Sequence record: NC_041975.1 | Strand: one strand, 5' to 3' | Length of the DNA: 64,000 bases | In this document: positions 1 to 9,110 of the stretch, in pieces | How positions within the stretch are numbered: the first letter of the stretch is position 1 | Layout of the letters: each line of letters starts with the position of its first letter | The notes under the pieces: generated by a model | Told to the model about the DNA's origin: nothing | The model's database searches: none | What the model saw: the letters and a program-made list of their open reading frames with translations, nothing else | Program-made: the position numbers and the translations under genes

Positions 1-15
1 TAAGGAATAAAGAAC

Positions 16-765
16 ATGACGACGACTTTTCCGAAAGAGATGAATGCAGCTTTCCATCCTGATAACGAGCAAACCACCCAGTTGTGCAAAACGATCCAGC
101 AGATCAGTGGGGTGGAGATCAAACGTGTACATGTGGTGATGGCGATCCACCATTACAAACAAAACGATACGGCACATCAGCCTGACCACATGCTGGCGGT
201 CTTAGCAGAAGCAGCCCACATCATCCAGTCGTTTCCTGACCTGGAGAAATGGCGCACCCAGATCATGTTAGGGTGCCTGTTCCATGACACCCACTGTCAC
301 ATCGATCGGGATATGCACCACCTGCTAGGCGCCGAACATGCTCAAGAGGCATTACTGGAGTATGCGTGTGGTTATGGGATGTCACGTGCGGATGTCTACC
401 TGATCAGTCAGGCCGTACTGGAGCATCGGGCTTCCTGGAAGTACCCGCGTATTAACCCTGTATCCAACGCTGTAGCGTCTGCAGATCGTGGCTACCCTGA
501 TCTAAAGAAATACATCCGTCGTGCTGTACAGTACCGTTACAAGCGTATGGCAGTCATCAACATGAACACCATCATCGATGAGTCGATCGAACACATGGTA
601 GAGAAGTTCGGTGATGGCGGTTATGCCTGGGAAAGCTACCCGACGTATGCAGCGGTGATGCACGGTGATGCGATTCAACAAGTGAAGCAACAACTGCGCA
701 GTAAAGAAGGAAAGGCGCAGCTCAAAGAGTACGCTGAACTCCACTTTGATGAGTGGGTAGAATAA
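16..765 (+). CDS. HD-domain metal-dependent phosphohydrolase
   Basis: H...LFHD...H...EH...AD spacing typical of the HD superfamily; AAGGA RBS. Confidence 0.75.
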   Translation: MTTTFPKEMNAAFHPDNEQTTQLCKTIQQISGVEIKRVHVVMAIHHYKQNDTAHQPDHMLAVLAEAAHIIQSFPDLEKWRTQIMLGCLFHDTHCHIDRDMHHLLGAEHAQEALLEYACGYGMSRADVYLISQAVLEHRASWKYPRINPVSNAVASADRGYPDLKKYIRRAVQYRYKRMAVINMNTIIDESIEHMVEKFGDGGYAWESYPTYAAVMHGDAIQQVKQQLRSKEGKAQLKEYAELHFDEWVE

Positions 766-773
766 GCTACGTG

Positions 774-802
774 GCCGGAGGATTACCTCCGGCTGTTATG
801 CC
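774..802 (+). terminator. Hairpin terminator with TTATGCC tail
   Basis: GCCGGAGG-atta-CCTCCGGC then TGTTATGCC and a T-rich run. Confidence 0.8.
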
Positions 803-925
803 TGTTCTTTCTTCTTTGTAATTCTCAACACATTCGGTCTTTGTTATACAAAGGCTATAATCTTTGTCCCGAGCTAAGGGTAACGTGAACAGTTATGCTG
901 GCTTACTTTTTAAAGGTATCTTTTC

Positions 926-1456
926 ATGGATGGTTTATTTAATCTCTCCTCATGGCAATCGCTTTTACTTGTGGTAGTTGTACTCCTGCTGTGGGCGTAT
1001 TACCAACGACTTCAACACCTGCGTCGTAAGTATCATCGCCGTAATGAACGCATGATGGCGCAGAGCGTGGTCATGACATCCCGGCTGTTACTGAGTACCT
1101 TCTCGGAGATTGTGGAACGCGCTAAAGAGGAGGACATCTACCAGCGTGATCCTAACTCCCCGATTGCGGCAGACCGGGCCAGTGCGATGGCCTGCTCCTC
1201 CATCTTCAGTGGGTTGTATAACCTGGTTGTGGTGCCCGTCACCACCCTTGATCCGGTGTTCAACGATTTATTGATTACCGGTACTGAGCGGGAAGATGTT
1301 GAGGAAGGGGTCTTTGTGTCGTTTTATTTGGGTGAACAGCGTAATGATGTGGTTAGGCATTTTATACCCGACCGGTCGTTACAGGCCTTTATCACCCAAA
1401 CGCGTGCCTTCAGTGCTTACCTGCGACAGGCTGCGAATACAAAACCACCACAATGA
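926..1456 (+). CDS. N-terminally membrane-anchored hypothetical protein (paralogue family with 1465 and 5542)
   Basis: N-terminal hydrophobic helix followed by a basic stop-transfer patch. Confidence 0.75.
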   Translation: MDGLFNLSSWQSLLLVVVVLLLWAYYQRLQHLRRKYHRRNERMMAQSVVMTSRLLLSTFSEIVERAKEEDIYQRDPNSPIAADRASAMACSSIFSGLYNLVVVPVTTLDPVFNDLLITGTEREDVEEGVFVSFYLGEQRNDVVRHFIPDRSLQAFITQTRAFSAYLRQAANTKPPQ

Positions 1457-1464
1457 GGTGACAC

Positions 1465-1995
1465 ATGACCAATTATGGTTTTCTGCTGAACACAGTACTT
1501 CTGGCTTTTCTTATTTGGTTTGGTTACCGACTGCACACGTTGGTAAACAACAGCGAGAAAGCCACCCTCGCCGCTGATCATAACGCCAAGCTGCGCTTCC
1601 TGACCTATGCAGCCCGGCAGATAATGAGTGACTTGTATACGTCGCTCAATCTTCCGACGCTCACCGGGTGTGCGAAGATGTATCTACGCGATGACGGCAA
1701 GCTTGATAATATTGAAGTCATTATGCGACTCTTCATGAAAACCCATAATGAGATTATTACCAAGCTCTCCGAGGGATTGGTGTCGGATCATTTGAAGATC
1801 ACCGATGTTAAAGTTACCCATGATCTGGTGACCAACGAAGTGCTCATCACACTCTTGTATCCGAATAAAGTCACTGACATCCTGGTCTTCCATCATAACC
1901 ACCTGGCGCAGGCGATCTACCAACTGGATCGATTGCAACATCGGCTCTCAACGTTCCACAAAGCGGTGCCGAACCGCGACCTGTACCAACTCTAA
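1465..1995 (+). CDS. N-terminally membrane-anchored hypothetical protein
   Basis: GAGGTG RBS; same architecture and length (176 aa) as the 926 ORF. Confidence 0.75.
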   Translation: MTNYGFLLNTVLLAFLIWFGYRLHTLVNNSEKATLAADHNAKLRFLTYAARQIMSDLYTSLNLPTLTGCAKMYLRDDGKLDNIEVIMRLFMKTHNEIITKLSEGLVSDHLKITDVKVTHDLVTNEVLITLLYPNKVTDILVFHHNHLAQAIYQLDRLQHRLSTFHKAVPNRDLYQL

Positions 1996-1998
1996 ACC

Positions 1999-2027
1999 AA
2001 GGGAGGGCTTCGGCTCTCCCTTATGCC
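1999..2027 (+). terminator. UUCG hairpin terminator with TTATGCC tail
   Basis: AAGGGAGGG-cttcgg-CTCTCCCTT-ATGCC. Confidence 0.8.
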
Positions 2028-2115
2028 ATCCGTTCTTCTTTTTTGGTTATTACTATGAATTGCAAGATTCACCACGTAGTTCGTTTCACTTATTAACCCC
2101 TAAAGAGGAATAGTC

Positions 2116-4038
2116 ATGACAGATAGCACTACAGCGCAGAGCCAGACCGTGACGTTAGACCAAGTCATCGCGTCAGGCGGCCAGATTGTCTTCCTGGACA
2201 ATGGGCAACTGAAAAGCTTTCCTGTCTCTCAGATCACTGACTTACTGAAAAGCGGCATGTCTACTGACGTGTTGGGTCAGGCTGATTCTCTGAGTATGTT
2301 TGGTCAAGTGGAGTCGTTCGAGGCTCTACGTAAGCTTAAGCCACAGAAAGAAGGTGCACGCATCTCTCTTCGTGGCTGGAACAAAGGCAGTTGTCTGGGT
2401 GGCGGTGAGTTCATTGGTCATCTCGTCACCAAAGATCTTAAAGCCCGTCCAGATGATGGCGGTATGATTGCAGCCGGCAGCGGGTTCTTCTGGGAACGTG
2501 TGTGCTCAGATTGCGGGCAAATGAATGTCACTCACTTCGGTGCGCTTCCTGGCGCAACTGCAGCGACTGATTGCGTGCCAGCAATGACCGCCATGCTGAA
2601 CTGGAGTAATGCCAACGCTGTTGGTTTAGGAATTCAATTCCCAGCCGGTACTTTCTTCGCTTCCAGTTTAAAGTTCACCAAAGAGATCGGGTATTTCCGT
2701 ATCGCCGGTAACCACATCAACTTTGGTTATTTTGCTAACACGGTATTGGTGAGTGACGCTACTGAAAACTTTATGTTGGATGTTGCGGCCCGTCGGGTCG
2801 AGTTGGCAAACATCATCTTCCGCGGTGTGAGTACTACTGAGAAGCCGAATAAGAAAGGGATCTTTAATAACATCGTCATTGGTGGTCAGTACTTCAACAT
2901 GACCTGTGTGCGGTTTGAGAAAATCGGCGGGACCTGTGTTAATCTGATCGATACTCTCGATACCAAGATGACACAATGGTACGCGTCACAATGTACTGGT
3001 GATGTGATCGTTAACAAATGGTCCGATCGTCAGGCAGGTGGCTGGAACCATACCACTGCTGTTGAAATGACCAACTTTAACATCCAGAAGTGTGTTGGTG
3101 GTAAAGTGTTTGACATGCAGCGCTGCGCTCAGTCGTTTATCACTAATGGCTGGATCGAGCACTGTGATGATCCAGGCGACCTGTCTAATGGTCAATGGAC
3201 GGTAAATGGCCTGAGTATCGAAGATTGTAAGAAACCATTAAAGGCCTCTTACGCTCGCTTTATTGAGATCCAGCGTAACCTGCAGTCCGGGTCACGGATC
3301 GACTACTCCATTGACCCAGAGCTCGAAGAGTGGCTGAGTGAATGGGAACGCGGTCGTCTGGATATCGCCAACCACGGCATCTTCATCGACGGTACCTTAG
3401 AACCGGGTACGATCATGTCTCGCAACAAGCTGAGCAACAGCAGCGACAAAGCGAAATGGTTCCGGGTCGGTACCTGGTACAGTCCATCTGAAGGCGATTC
3501 CATTGACATCAACCTGGTTGGTACCGGTAACTTCCTGTCGGTCGCACCAAAGCTTGATGATATCGATGGTGTACGTCAAGGTGGCGGTAACACCCTGATC
3601 CGTGTGCAGTTGAAGAAAGACTCCGTAGGTGCGACCTTAGAACCACATGGTTCAAGCCCCCTGCAAGCGGCGAAGATTGCCAAAGTCGGTGCCGGTAAGT
3701 TTGTGGTCTACGCCCAGCTGAAACCGTATACCCGTAATGTGATCCCGGTGATTGTTGCAACCGGCGCCACGCACTACGAAGCCGGCGTCTCTTATTACTT
3801 CCGTCCGGCGATTGCCTCGATGAGTGATGAAGAGATCGCAGCAGTGCCGGATGCGGTAGTGATTGCTGAACAGTGGTCGCTCGGTCAAATGGCCGGTGTG
3901 GGCGCCACTAACGAAGGTAACCTGATGCTGAAGAGTAAGATCGTTAACGATCACTTGCAGGTACAGGTCATGGTTAGCCAAGCACAATGGGCGAAACCAG
4001 AACTTCGTTATATCGAGCTGAAGAAAGAAGCCAAGTAA
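2116..4038 (+). CDS. Exopolysaccharide depolymerase / tailspike (pectin-lyase-like beta-helix, AmsF/Dpo-related)
   Basis: N-terminal GQVESFEALR...GGGEF tailspike module; NVTHFGA...GIQFPAG beta-helix start; 640 aa. Confidence 0.7.
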   Translation: MTDSTTAQSQTVTLDQVIASGGQIVFLDNGQLKSFPVSQITDLLKSGMSTDVLGQADSLSMFGQVESFEALRKLKPQKEGARISLRGWNKGSCLGGGEFIGHLVTKDLKARPDDGGMIAAGSGFFWERVCSDCGQMNVTHFGALPGATAATDCVPAMTAMLNWSNANAVGLGIQFPAGTFFASSLKFTKEIGYFRIAGNHINFGYFANTVLVSDATENFMLDVAARRVELANIIFRGVSTTEKPNKKGIFNNIVIGGQYFNMTCVRFEKIGGTCVNLIDTLDTKMTQWYASQCTGDVIVNKWSDRQAGGWNHTTAVEMTNFNIQKCVGGKVFDMQRCAQSFITNGWIEHCDDPGDLSNGQWTVNGLSIEDCKKPLKASYARFIEIQRNLQSGSRIDYSIDPELEEWLSEWERGRLDIANHGIFIDGTLEPGTIMSRNKLSNSSDKAKWFRVGTWYSPSEGDSIDINLVGTGNFLSVAPKLDDIDGVRQGGGNTLIRVQLKKDSVGATLEPHGSSPLQAAKIAKVGAGKFVVYAQLKPYTRNVIPVIVATGATHYEAGVSYYFRPAIASMSDEEIAAVPDAVVIAEQWSLGQMAGVGATNEGNLMLKSKIVNDHLQVQVMVSQAQWAKPELRYIELKKEAK

Positions 4039-4063
4039 GGCAAGCGCGTTATACCGCTAACTG

Positions 4064-4095
4064 GAGGAGGGGAATCCCCTCCTCTTTATGCCGCC
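4064..4095 (+). terminator. Hairpin terminator with TTTATGCCG tail
   Basis: GAGGAGGGG-aat-CCCCTCCTC-TTTATGCCGCC. Confidence 0.8.
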
Positions 4096-4110
4096 CTAGA
4101 TTTTACCAGA

Positions 4111-4120
4111 CCTATATTAC
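4111..4120 (+). promoter_or_regulatory. Putative early (virion RNAP) promoter
   Basis: CCTATATTAC-N4-GTGAT; contains the phiKZ early consensus TATATTAC. Confidence 0.7.
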
Positions 4121-4212
4121 CCTTGTGATCTCTGTAGAAATAAACGGAATCACCCAGTCTTATAACCCGCTGACCAAACCGAGTGTCGGCTAAACAAAGA
4201 AGAGGAAATACC

Positions 4213-4914
4213 ATGACTACCCGTAAGATTGCCCGCTTAGACAAACTCGCTAAATTTATAAACGACAATTTTGATCGTGATTACAACCTGCCCTTTGCGA
4301 TCGAGATCGAACAGCATGAAGATAAATGGCACGGTACTCGATACAGTCTCAGCCTGACTCAGCCAGAGTGTGACGGCAGTCCAGTAAAAACGTTATTCCG
4401 TTCGAAGGTGTTAACGGCTGAATTCGTTGGTGATCGGTTTACACGGCTAGAAGGTAGTGTGGCCGGGATGGCGCCTGGTATCGAACTCCTGGGACAAGTT
4501 GCCTGGTACTGGATGTTATCAGAGGCAAACGACACTGATCGCGAATTGGGTGTGCAGGTAGCGTTGATGGCCTGGGATGCCTGGACACTGGCAACCGCCA
4601 TATTTGATGGCTCTAAGGCCCGTGATCTCTTCGAGCGTGACGATTTCCTTTGCCCTGGCGTAACACTGAATCAGCACGTCCTGTGCGAAAAGTTTGTCAG
4701 AATGGATCGTGAAGTATGGCTAAAGCGTCGCACTAAACTGCTCGATGATGTTGTGGTTATTGAAAGTCGCTGGACCTTCGTAAAACAATATATCGGGGCA
4801 GGTGGCCTGGGTCATGAAGAGAAACACACTGTCGCCGAGGTTACCAAACGCAGGCAAGCACCGGCGCCTTTTGAAATTATCTTTAAGGCCAAATCGTCTC
4901 CTTTTAATCCATGA
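4213..4914 (+). CDS. Hypothetical protein
   Basis: Long ORF; GAGGA RBS before ATG at 4213. Confidence 0.75.
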   Translation: MTTRKIARLDKLAKFINDNFDRDYNLPFAIEIEQHEDKWHGTRYSLSLTQPECDGSPVKTLFRSKVLTAEFVGDRFTRLEGSVAGMAPGIELLGQVAWYWMLSEANDTDRELGVQVALMAWDAWTLATAIFDGSKARDLFERDDFLCPGVTLNQHVLCEKFVRMDREVWLKRRTKLLDDVVVIESRWTFVKQYIGAGGLGHEEKHTVAEVTKRRQAPAPFEIIFKAKSSPFNP

Positions 4915-4976
4915 GAATGAGGAGGGGGTTTCGACCTCCTCCATTATTGCTATTTTAAGTTGCAGAAAATCTAACG

Positions 4977-4986
4977 CCTACATTAC
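4977..4986 (+). promoter_or_regulatory. Putative early promoter
   Basis: TGCAGAAAAT-N6-CCTACATTAC-N4-GGGAT, intergenic. Confidence 0.7.
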
Positions 4987-5031
4987 TAATGGGATAGGCC
5001 TGATCAACAATTCTAATTAAGGGAATTTGTA

Positions 5032-5502
5032 ATGAGTGAAATCACGTTTAAAGACGCGCGGTATTACGACCTGATTACCAAAGAACAATTGCAGCCTGGA
5101 CACACCATTCTGTTGAGCCTCAAAGGGCAACCAGCGGGCGTCATGACCCCAGCAGTACAGTGGACTAAAGACAACCTGGAAAACGCGGTCGTGGTGTACG
5201 GTACGGTTGACGATCTGCAATCAATCCGTAAAGAGATCAGCAGTTGCGATCAACCGGTAGCTGTGGTCCTTACCGGCGGCTACCATGCAACGTATGAACT
5301 TACTCACTGGGCGCGGGAAAACCACGTAGTCGTGTTCCTGGCTTCAGATGCCGATGCACCGCGTCCACGTTATGCAGCACTGCTCGGTACCTGTCTGGTC
5401 CAGCTGACTTATGACCAGACTGGTCGGGTGAGCTCTGCTACCGCCATTCGTAATCAAGCAACCGCATCAGGCTGGGTGATCGACTTCACCGCTGACGCAT
5501 AA
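5032..5502 (+). CDS. Hypothetical protein (Rossmann-like alpha/beta pattern)
   Basis: ORF with AAGGG RBS downstream of the promoter motif. Confidence 0.7.
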   Translation: MSEITFKDARYYDLITKEQLQPGHTILLSLKGQPAGVMTPAVQWTKDNLENAVVVYGTVDDLQSIRKEISSCDQPVAVVLTGGYHATYELTHWARENHVVVFLASDADAPRPRYAALLGTCLVQLTYDQTGRVSSATAIRNQATASGWVIDFTADA

Positions 5503-5541
5503 TCCTTTATTCATCCAACCAATTTAACCTGAGGTAATACC

Positions 5542-6147
5542 ATGCAACTTCATCAATACGTCGCCCTCTTACTCGGTGTGGGTTTAATCACGATCATTCT
5601 CGTTATGCTGGTCGGCTGGCTCGTGCTTGAGAACCAACGCAAATACGCCGCATTCCAACGGGTGCGTTACGAAAACATGCTGCGCTATCGCCTGACCGAT
5701 TTCAGCAACCAGGTGACGGCAGATCTCTCCGCCATGTTCTTGCGCTATTTACTCTCCCCGCGGGTTGGTAGTACCGAGCGGGCGAGTGTGGAGGCAATAG
5801 CCGGTACCATCCAAGGCATGCTGCAAGCGATCGCTGCTCACCACAACCATGAGTTTAAAAGCTCAGAGGTTGGTGATACGTTACTGGGTCTGTTGATTAA
5901 AGAGGTTTCTTACGAAACACAGAGCGACCGGATCATCTTTACCCTGACACGTCCAGGTGCCACGAACCTCACTTATACCTTGACACATCCCGAAGCGTAC
6001 GGCGCGATGCTCTGCTGTGAGCTGGAAGACTATCGCATGCGTCTGCGTGACCGCGCAACCCTGCAGATCAAGCGTGAGCTCGATCAGGCACCGCAAACGT
6101 ATAAAGCCGTCTTCCCTAACTCGGAGCGGATTAATACCACTGCGTAA
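5542..6147 (+). CDS. N-terminally membrane-anchored hypothetical protein
   Basis: GAGGT RBS; N-terminal TM; architecture like 926 and 1465. Confidence 0.75.
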   Translation: MQLHQYVALLLGVGLITIILVMLVGWLVLENQRKYAAFQRVRYENMLRYRLTDFSNQVTADLSAMFLRYLLSPRVGSTERASVEAIAGTIQGMLQAIAAHHNHEFKSSEVGDTLLGLLIKEVSYETQSDRIIFTLTRPGATNLTYTLTHPEAYGAMLCCELEDYRMRLRDRATLQIKRELDQAPQTYKAVFPNSERINTTA

Positions 6148-6246
6148 TAAATGGGAGGCCTTGCCTCCCTTTATTTTTTGTCATTGTAGTAAATGTGTAC
6201 AACTTAACTAAATCATTTAGTAAACGTAAAAAGGAAAGTCAGCATC

Positions 6247-6543
6247 ATGTCAAACGAAGCCATTCTGAAAGCCCTGGAAACCATTGCCACTACATACCCA
6301 AAAGTTGAGGTGGTGTCGATTGGTGGGATTATCGCCTGCTTCGGCACGATGAAAGATGGAAAGGTAGAAACCACGGTGTTTGGCAATCTGCCCGAGTTCA
6401 CTGTCGCCAATGTGAAGAAGCTTTACAACGCGAAGTGGTCACAACGTCAATTGGGTTATATGTACGGTACATCACAGGCCCAGATCGCTAACTTCATGAA
6501 GAACCGTGAGGTTAACGTTCCCAATACGGTAAAAGGTTATTAG
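6247..6543 (+). CDS. Small protein with C-terminal HTH-like motif
   Basis: WSQRQLGYMYGTSQAQIANFMK matches an HTH pattern. Confidence 0.55.
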   Translation: MSNEAILKALETIATTYPKVEVVSIGGIIACFGTMKDGKVETTVFGNLPEFTVANVKKLYNAKWSQRQLGYMYGTSQAQIANFMKNREVNVPNTVKGY

Positions 6544-6544
6544 C

Positions 6545-6835
6545 ATGAAATGGTACGAACGACTGGTCGAGAGCACGGTGTTGCGGTTTATGGCAACCTT
6601 CCTCTTAGCCTGCTTGTGGTCCCTGCTCCTTTTAAGCCAATGCTCGTTAGCGCTCGATCTCACCTTAAGCGTGATCTCTCTGGTGATCGTGTATAACCTG
6701 CGGGATTTCTTAAAGGACTTGCACCACGGTGTTTCAACCCGTCATGACTTTGCAGGGTGGTTTGTGCTGAACGCTGCTGGCATGGCACTGCTCTCGGCAA
6801 TCATTAACGCCCTGTTCATCTTACATAGACTCTAG
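6545..6835 (+). CDS. Small multi-pass membrane protein
   Basis: Three hydrophobic segments in 96 aa. Confidence 0.7.
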   Translation: MKWYERLVESTVLRFMATFLLACLWSLLLLSQCSLALDLTLSVISLVIVYNLRDFLKDLHHGVSTRHDFAGWFVLNAAGMALLSAIINALFILHRL

Positions 6836-6843
6836 GAGTTCTC

Positions 6844-7425
6844 ATGTCAAAGAAACTCGATACCCGTAAAAGTATGTTTCTGGCCTTGGTGTTACGCCAC
6901 CGTCCTGAAGAGATCGGAATTACCCTGGATGAGAACGGCTGGGCCAAAGTCAGCGAAGTGATCACTGGGTTCACCTTTACCGGGCGTGGGCTCTCATTAC
7001 CTGAGCTTGAGATCATCGTTGAGACGGATGAGAAGAAGCGTTACCAGCTCTCTGACGACAAGTGCTATATCCGCGCTGTGCAGGGGCATTCTCACGAGAG
7101 CGTGATGAACATGCAGCTGGAAGTGGCGACACCGCCAAAGTACTTGTATCACGGCACCCAACAGATCTCCTGTGAATCGATCGAACGACAAGGGATCTTG
7201 CGCCTTAAACGTTTATATGTCCACCTAACGGATGACATCGAAGCGGCTTGGCGCGCAGCAACTCGTAAACGAACAGCCGGTGCAGTCTACCGAATCGACA
7301 CCGAGAAGATGACGCGGATGGGCCATGTGTTCTATCGCGCTGAGAACGGGGTCTGGCTGGCGAAGCGCATTCCTTTCTCAGTCATTGAGATGGTTGATGC
7401 ACATGACGAAGAAACAAGTACCTGA
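6844..7425 (+). CDS. kptA: RNA 2'-phosphotransferase (Tpt1/KptA family)
   Basis: LRHRPEEIGITLDENGW, KKRYQLS...IRAVQGHS, LYHGT, VHLT, FYRAENGVWL motifs. Confidence 0.92.
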   Translation: MSKKLDTRKSMFLALVLRHRPEEIGITLDENGWAKVSEVITGFTFTGRGLSLPELEIIVETDEKKRYQLSDDKCYIRAVQGHSHESVMNMQLEVATPPKYLYHGTQQISCESIERQGILRLKRLYVHLTDDIEAAWRAATRKRTAGAVYRIDTEKMTRMGHVFYRAENGVWLAKRIPFSVIEMVDAHDEETST

Positions 7426-7687
7426 GTGGTGGAACAGCATCTTGTTACCGGTTGGTTTCATGATGATCTGGGTAGGGTGTGTAATAGGTGGGCAGTTCCT
7501 CAGTTTCTGGGGGTGTATCTGTGTCACGTTGATTTGTGGTGGGGTTTCGTACCAGCACTGCATGCGCTCAACCAAGTATCGCAAAAATTCCGTAAGCTGG
7601 TTTATCTGTTGGAATGCTTACGGTATCATCGCGTGTTTGGGTATTGGGTTTATGGTAGCAGCAATTTATCTAGGCGGAGTCAAATAA
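7403..7687 (+). CDS. Small membrane protein
   Basis: ATG at 7403 overlapping the kptA end; three hydrophobic segments. Confidence 0.6.
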   Translation: MTKKQVPEWWNSILLPVGFMMIWVGCVIGGQFLSFWGCICVTLICGGVSYQHCMRSTKYRKNSVSWFICWNAYGIIACLGIGFMVAAIYLGGVK

Positions 7688-7960
7688 GTGAAAAGTAAAA
7701 CAGGCAGTAAGTTAACACGCACGTTGTTGTTTTGTTTTGGTGCTTACATCACAGGGATGTTTGCCTTGATGATGATCCTGTCATCACAAAGCACTGCAGA
7801 CATCACTGCAGGGAACTATGACAAAATGAGCGTGGATGACTCGCCTGAGTTTATTTTAACAGATCGCAGTAATGGATGTAGATACGTCTATGACTCGGTT
7901 ACCAAAACAGCCCACACTGCAACAGGCTTCGATTACTGTCTGTCGCTAAGGAAAGAATAA
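7688..7960 (+). CDS. Membrane-anchored hypothetical protein
   Basis: GTG start abutting the previous stop; N-terminal TM; Cys pair. Confidence 0.6.
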   Translation: MKSKTGSKLTRTLLFCFGAYITGMFALMMILSSQSTADITAGNYDKMSVDDSPEFILTDRSNGCRYVYDSVTKTAHTATGFDYCLSLRKE

Positions 7961-8032
7961 TGGTTCGTGCGTATCGACACTCTGAGCTGCTACGATGGCC
8001 GCATCCCGCGGCCTGCACTCGGAGTTCGTTCT

Positions 8033-8260
8033 ATGTCTATTGCAGTCAACCGTCACCACGCTAAACGTTTAAAGGCCAAACGTAAACACTACTGGAACGT
8101 CGGCGGGAAACGCCAGAACAACAAGGCCGTGGGAATTATCTTCCACACCCCGTGTAAATGCAGCTGCACCATGTGCGGCAACCAACGCAAGCATTGGGGA
8201 CGTCCGATCCAGGAAGTGAAACAAGCGGCCCGTTTTAGCGATACGGTCACTGACATTTAA
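8033..8260 (+). CDS. Small basic Cys-rich protein (PCxCxMCGNxRK phage family)
   Basis: GGAG RBS; RHHAKRLKAKR...HTPCKCSCTMCGNQRK. Confidence 0.7.
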   Translation: MSIAVNRHHAKRLKAKRKHYWNVGGKRQNNKAVGIIFHTPCKCSCTMCGNQRKHWGRPIQEVKQAARFSDTVTDI

Positions 8261-8308
8261 CCATGCAAGGGGAGTTGTTGGCTCCCCTTCTTTATTTGAG
8301 GAATCCGC

Positions 8309-8674
8309 ATGAAACGCGGTTACCCATCAGGCCAACCGATTGAAGTCGAAGTCGGTGGGGTCATGTACCAATTTAACCCCCTTGAAAACATGCTGGCTGA
8401 TCTGCGTGCCAATAAGTTGATCATCGTGTGTTGCAGTAATAAGAAGCGTGCCATTACCGATATCTGGATGTGTGATGCCGAGATCGACTACTCGACGCAG
8501 TCACGCATGGAACACATCTTGGTCAGTGATCGTTGCAAGCAGTTCACCAAAGACTACGCCTTAACGCGAGTGGTGGATGTTGATAGCCGGTCATTGACGA
8601 TTGCCGGGCCAGATAAAAAGATGCTGTCGATGGTGATCATGGGGGATACCCTCTACGCCGTTAAGCCAAGTTAA
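8309..8674 (+). CDS. Hypothetical protein
   Basis: GAGGA RBS; 121-aa ORF. Confidence 0.7.
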   Translation: MKRGYPSGQPIEVEVGGVMYQFNPLENMLADLRANKLIIVCCSNKKRAITDIWMCDAEIDYSTQSRMEHILVSDRCKQFTKDYALTRVVDVDSRSLTIAGPDKKMLSMVIMGDTLYAVKPS

Positions 8675-8697
8675 CAGAACAGCAGTTGGGAGCCTCT

Positions 8698-8799
8698 ATG
8701 AACAATGTTTGGCTTTTAGTAATGGCCCTTATTTATACAGCAGGGCTTATTGCCGCATGCGTGGTCGCACGCATGGCAGTCTTTCATCATGTGATCTAA
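8698..8799 (+). CDS. 33-aa single-TM micropeptide (not in ORF track)
   Basis: MNNVWLLVMALIYTAGLIAACVVARMAVFHHVI*; GGGAG RBS; fills the intergenic gap. Confidence 0.55.
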   Translation: MNNVWLLVMALIYTAGLIAACVVARMAVFHHVI

Positions 8800-8808
8800 A
8801 GGGCAATT

Positions 8809-9087
8809 ATGAGTAAAGGTACTTTGAAAGGCCTTGGTGTGGTGCTGGCGTGTCTTGTGATTGGCGTATTGCTGTTTGTTTTTGCAACCGCTGTTCAAGC
8901 TGCCGATACACCCGTTAACCCCCACTGTGTTGCCATTACTAACGACAGTACAATTACCACCCAGTGTGACGATGGTACCGTGGTCATTACCAACACCGCA
9001 ACCTCGACGGTGATGGTGTGTCATGTAAGTAAAGAAACAAAAGGTCTTCCGCAATGCGTGAAAGACCGGGTTGTCATTTCTAATTAA
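8809..9087 (+). CDS. Secreted/periplasmic small Cys-containing protein
   Basis: Signal-peptide-like N-terminus with AVQA cleavage pattern; four Cys in the mature part. Confidence 0.7.
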   Translation: MSKGTLKGLGVVLACLVIGVLLFVFATAVQAADTPVNPHCVAITNDSTITTQCDDGTVVITNTATSTVMVCHVSKETKGLPQCVKDRVVISN

Positions 9088-9110
9088 CGTTATTCTTCGG
9101 AGCTACACAC

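Noticed and set aside
835-861. Sigma70 promoter (TATAAT at 856) with an adjacent CTTTGT/ACAAAG hairpin
   Set aside because: No credible -35 at 16-18 bp spacing; a single occurrence could be chance.
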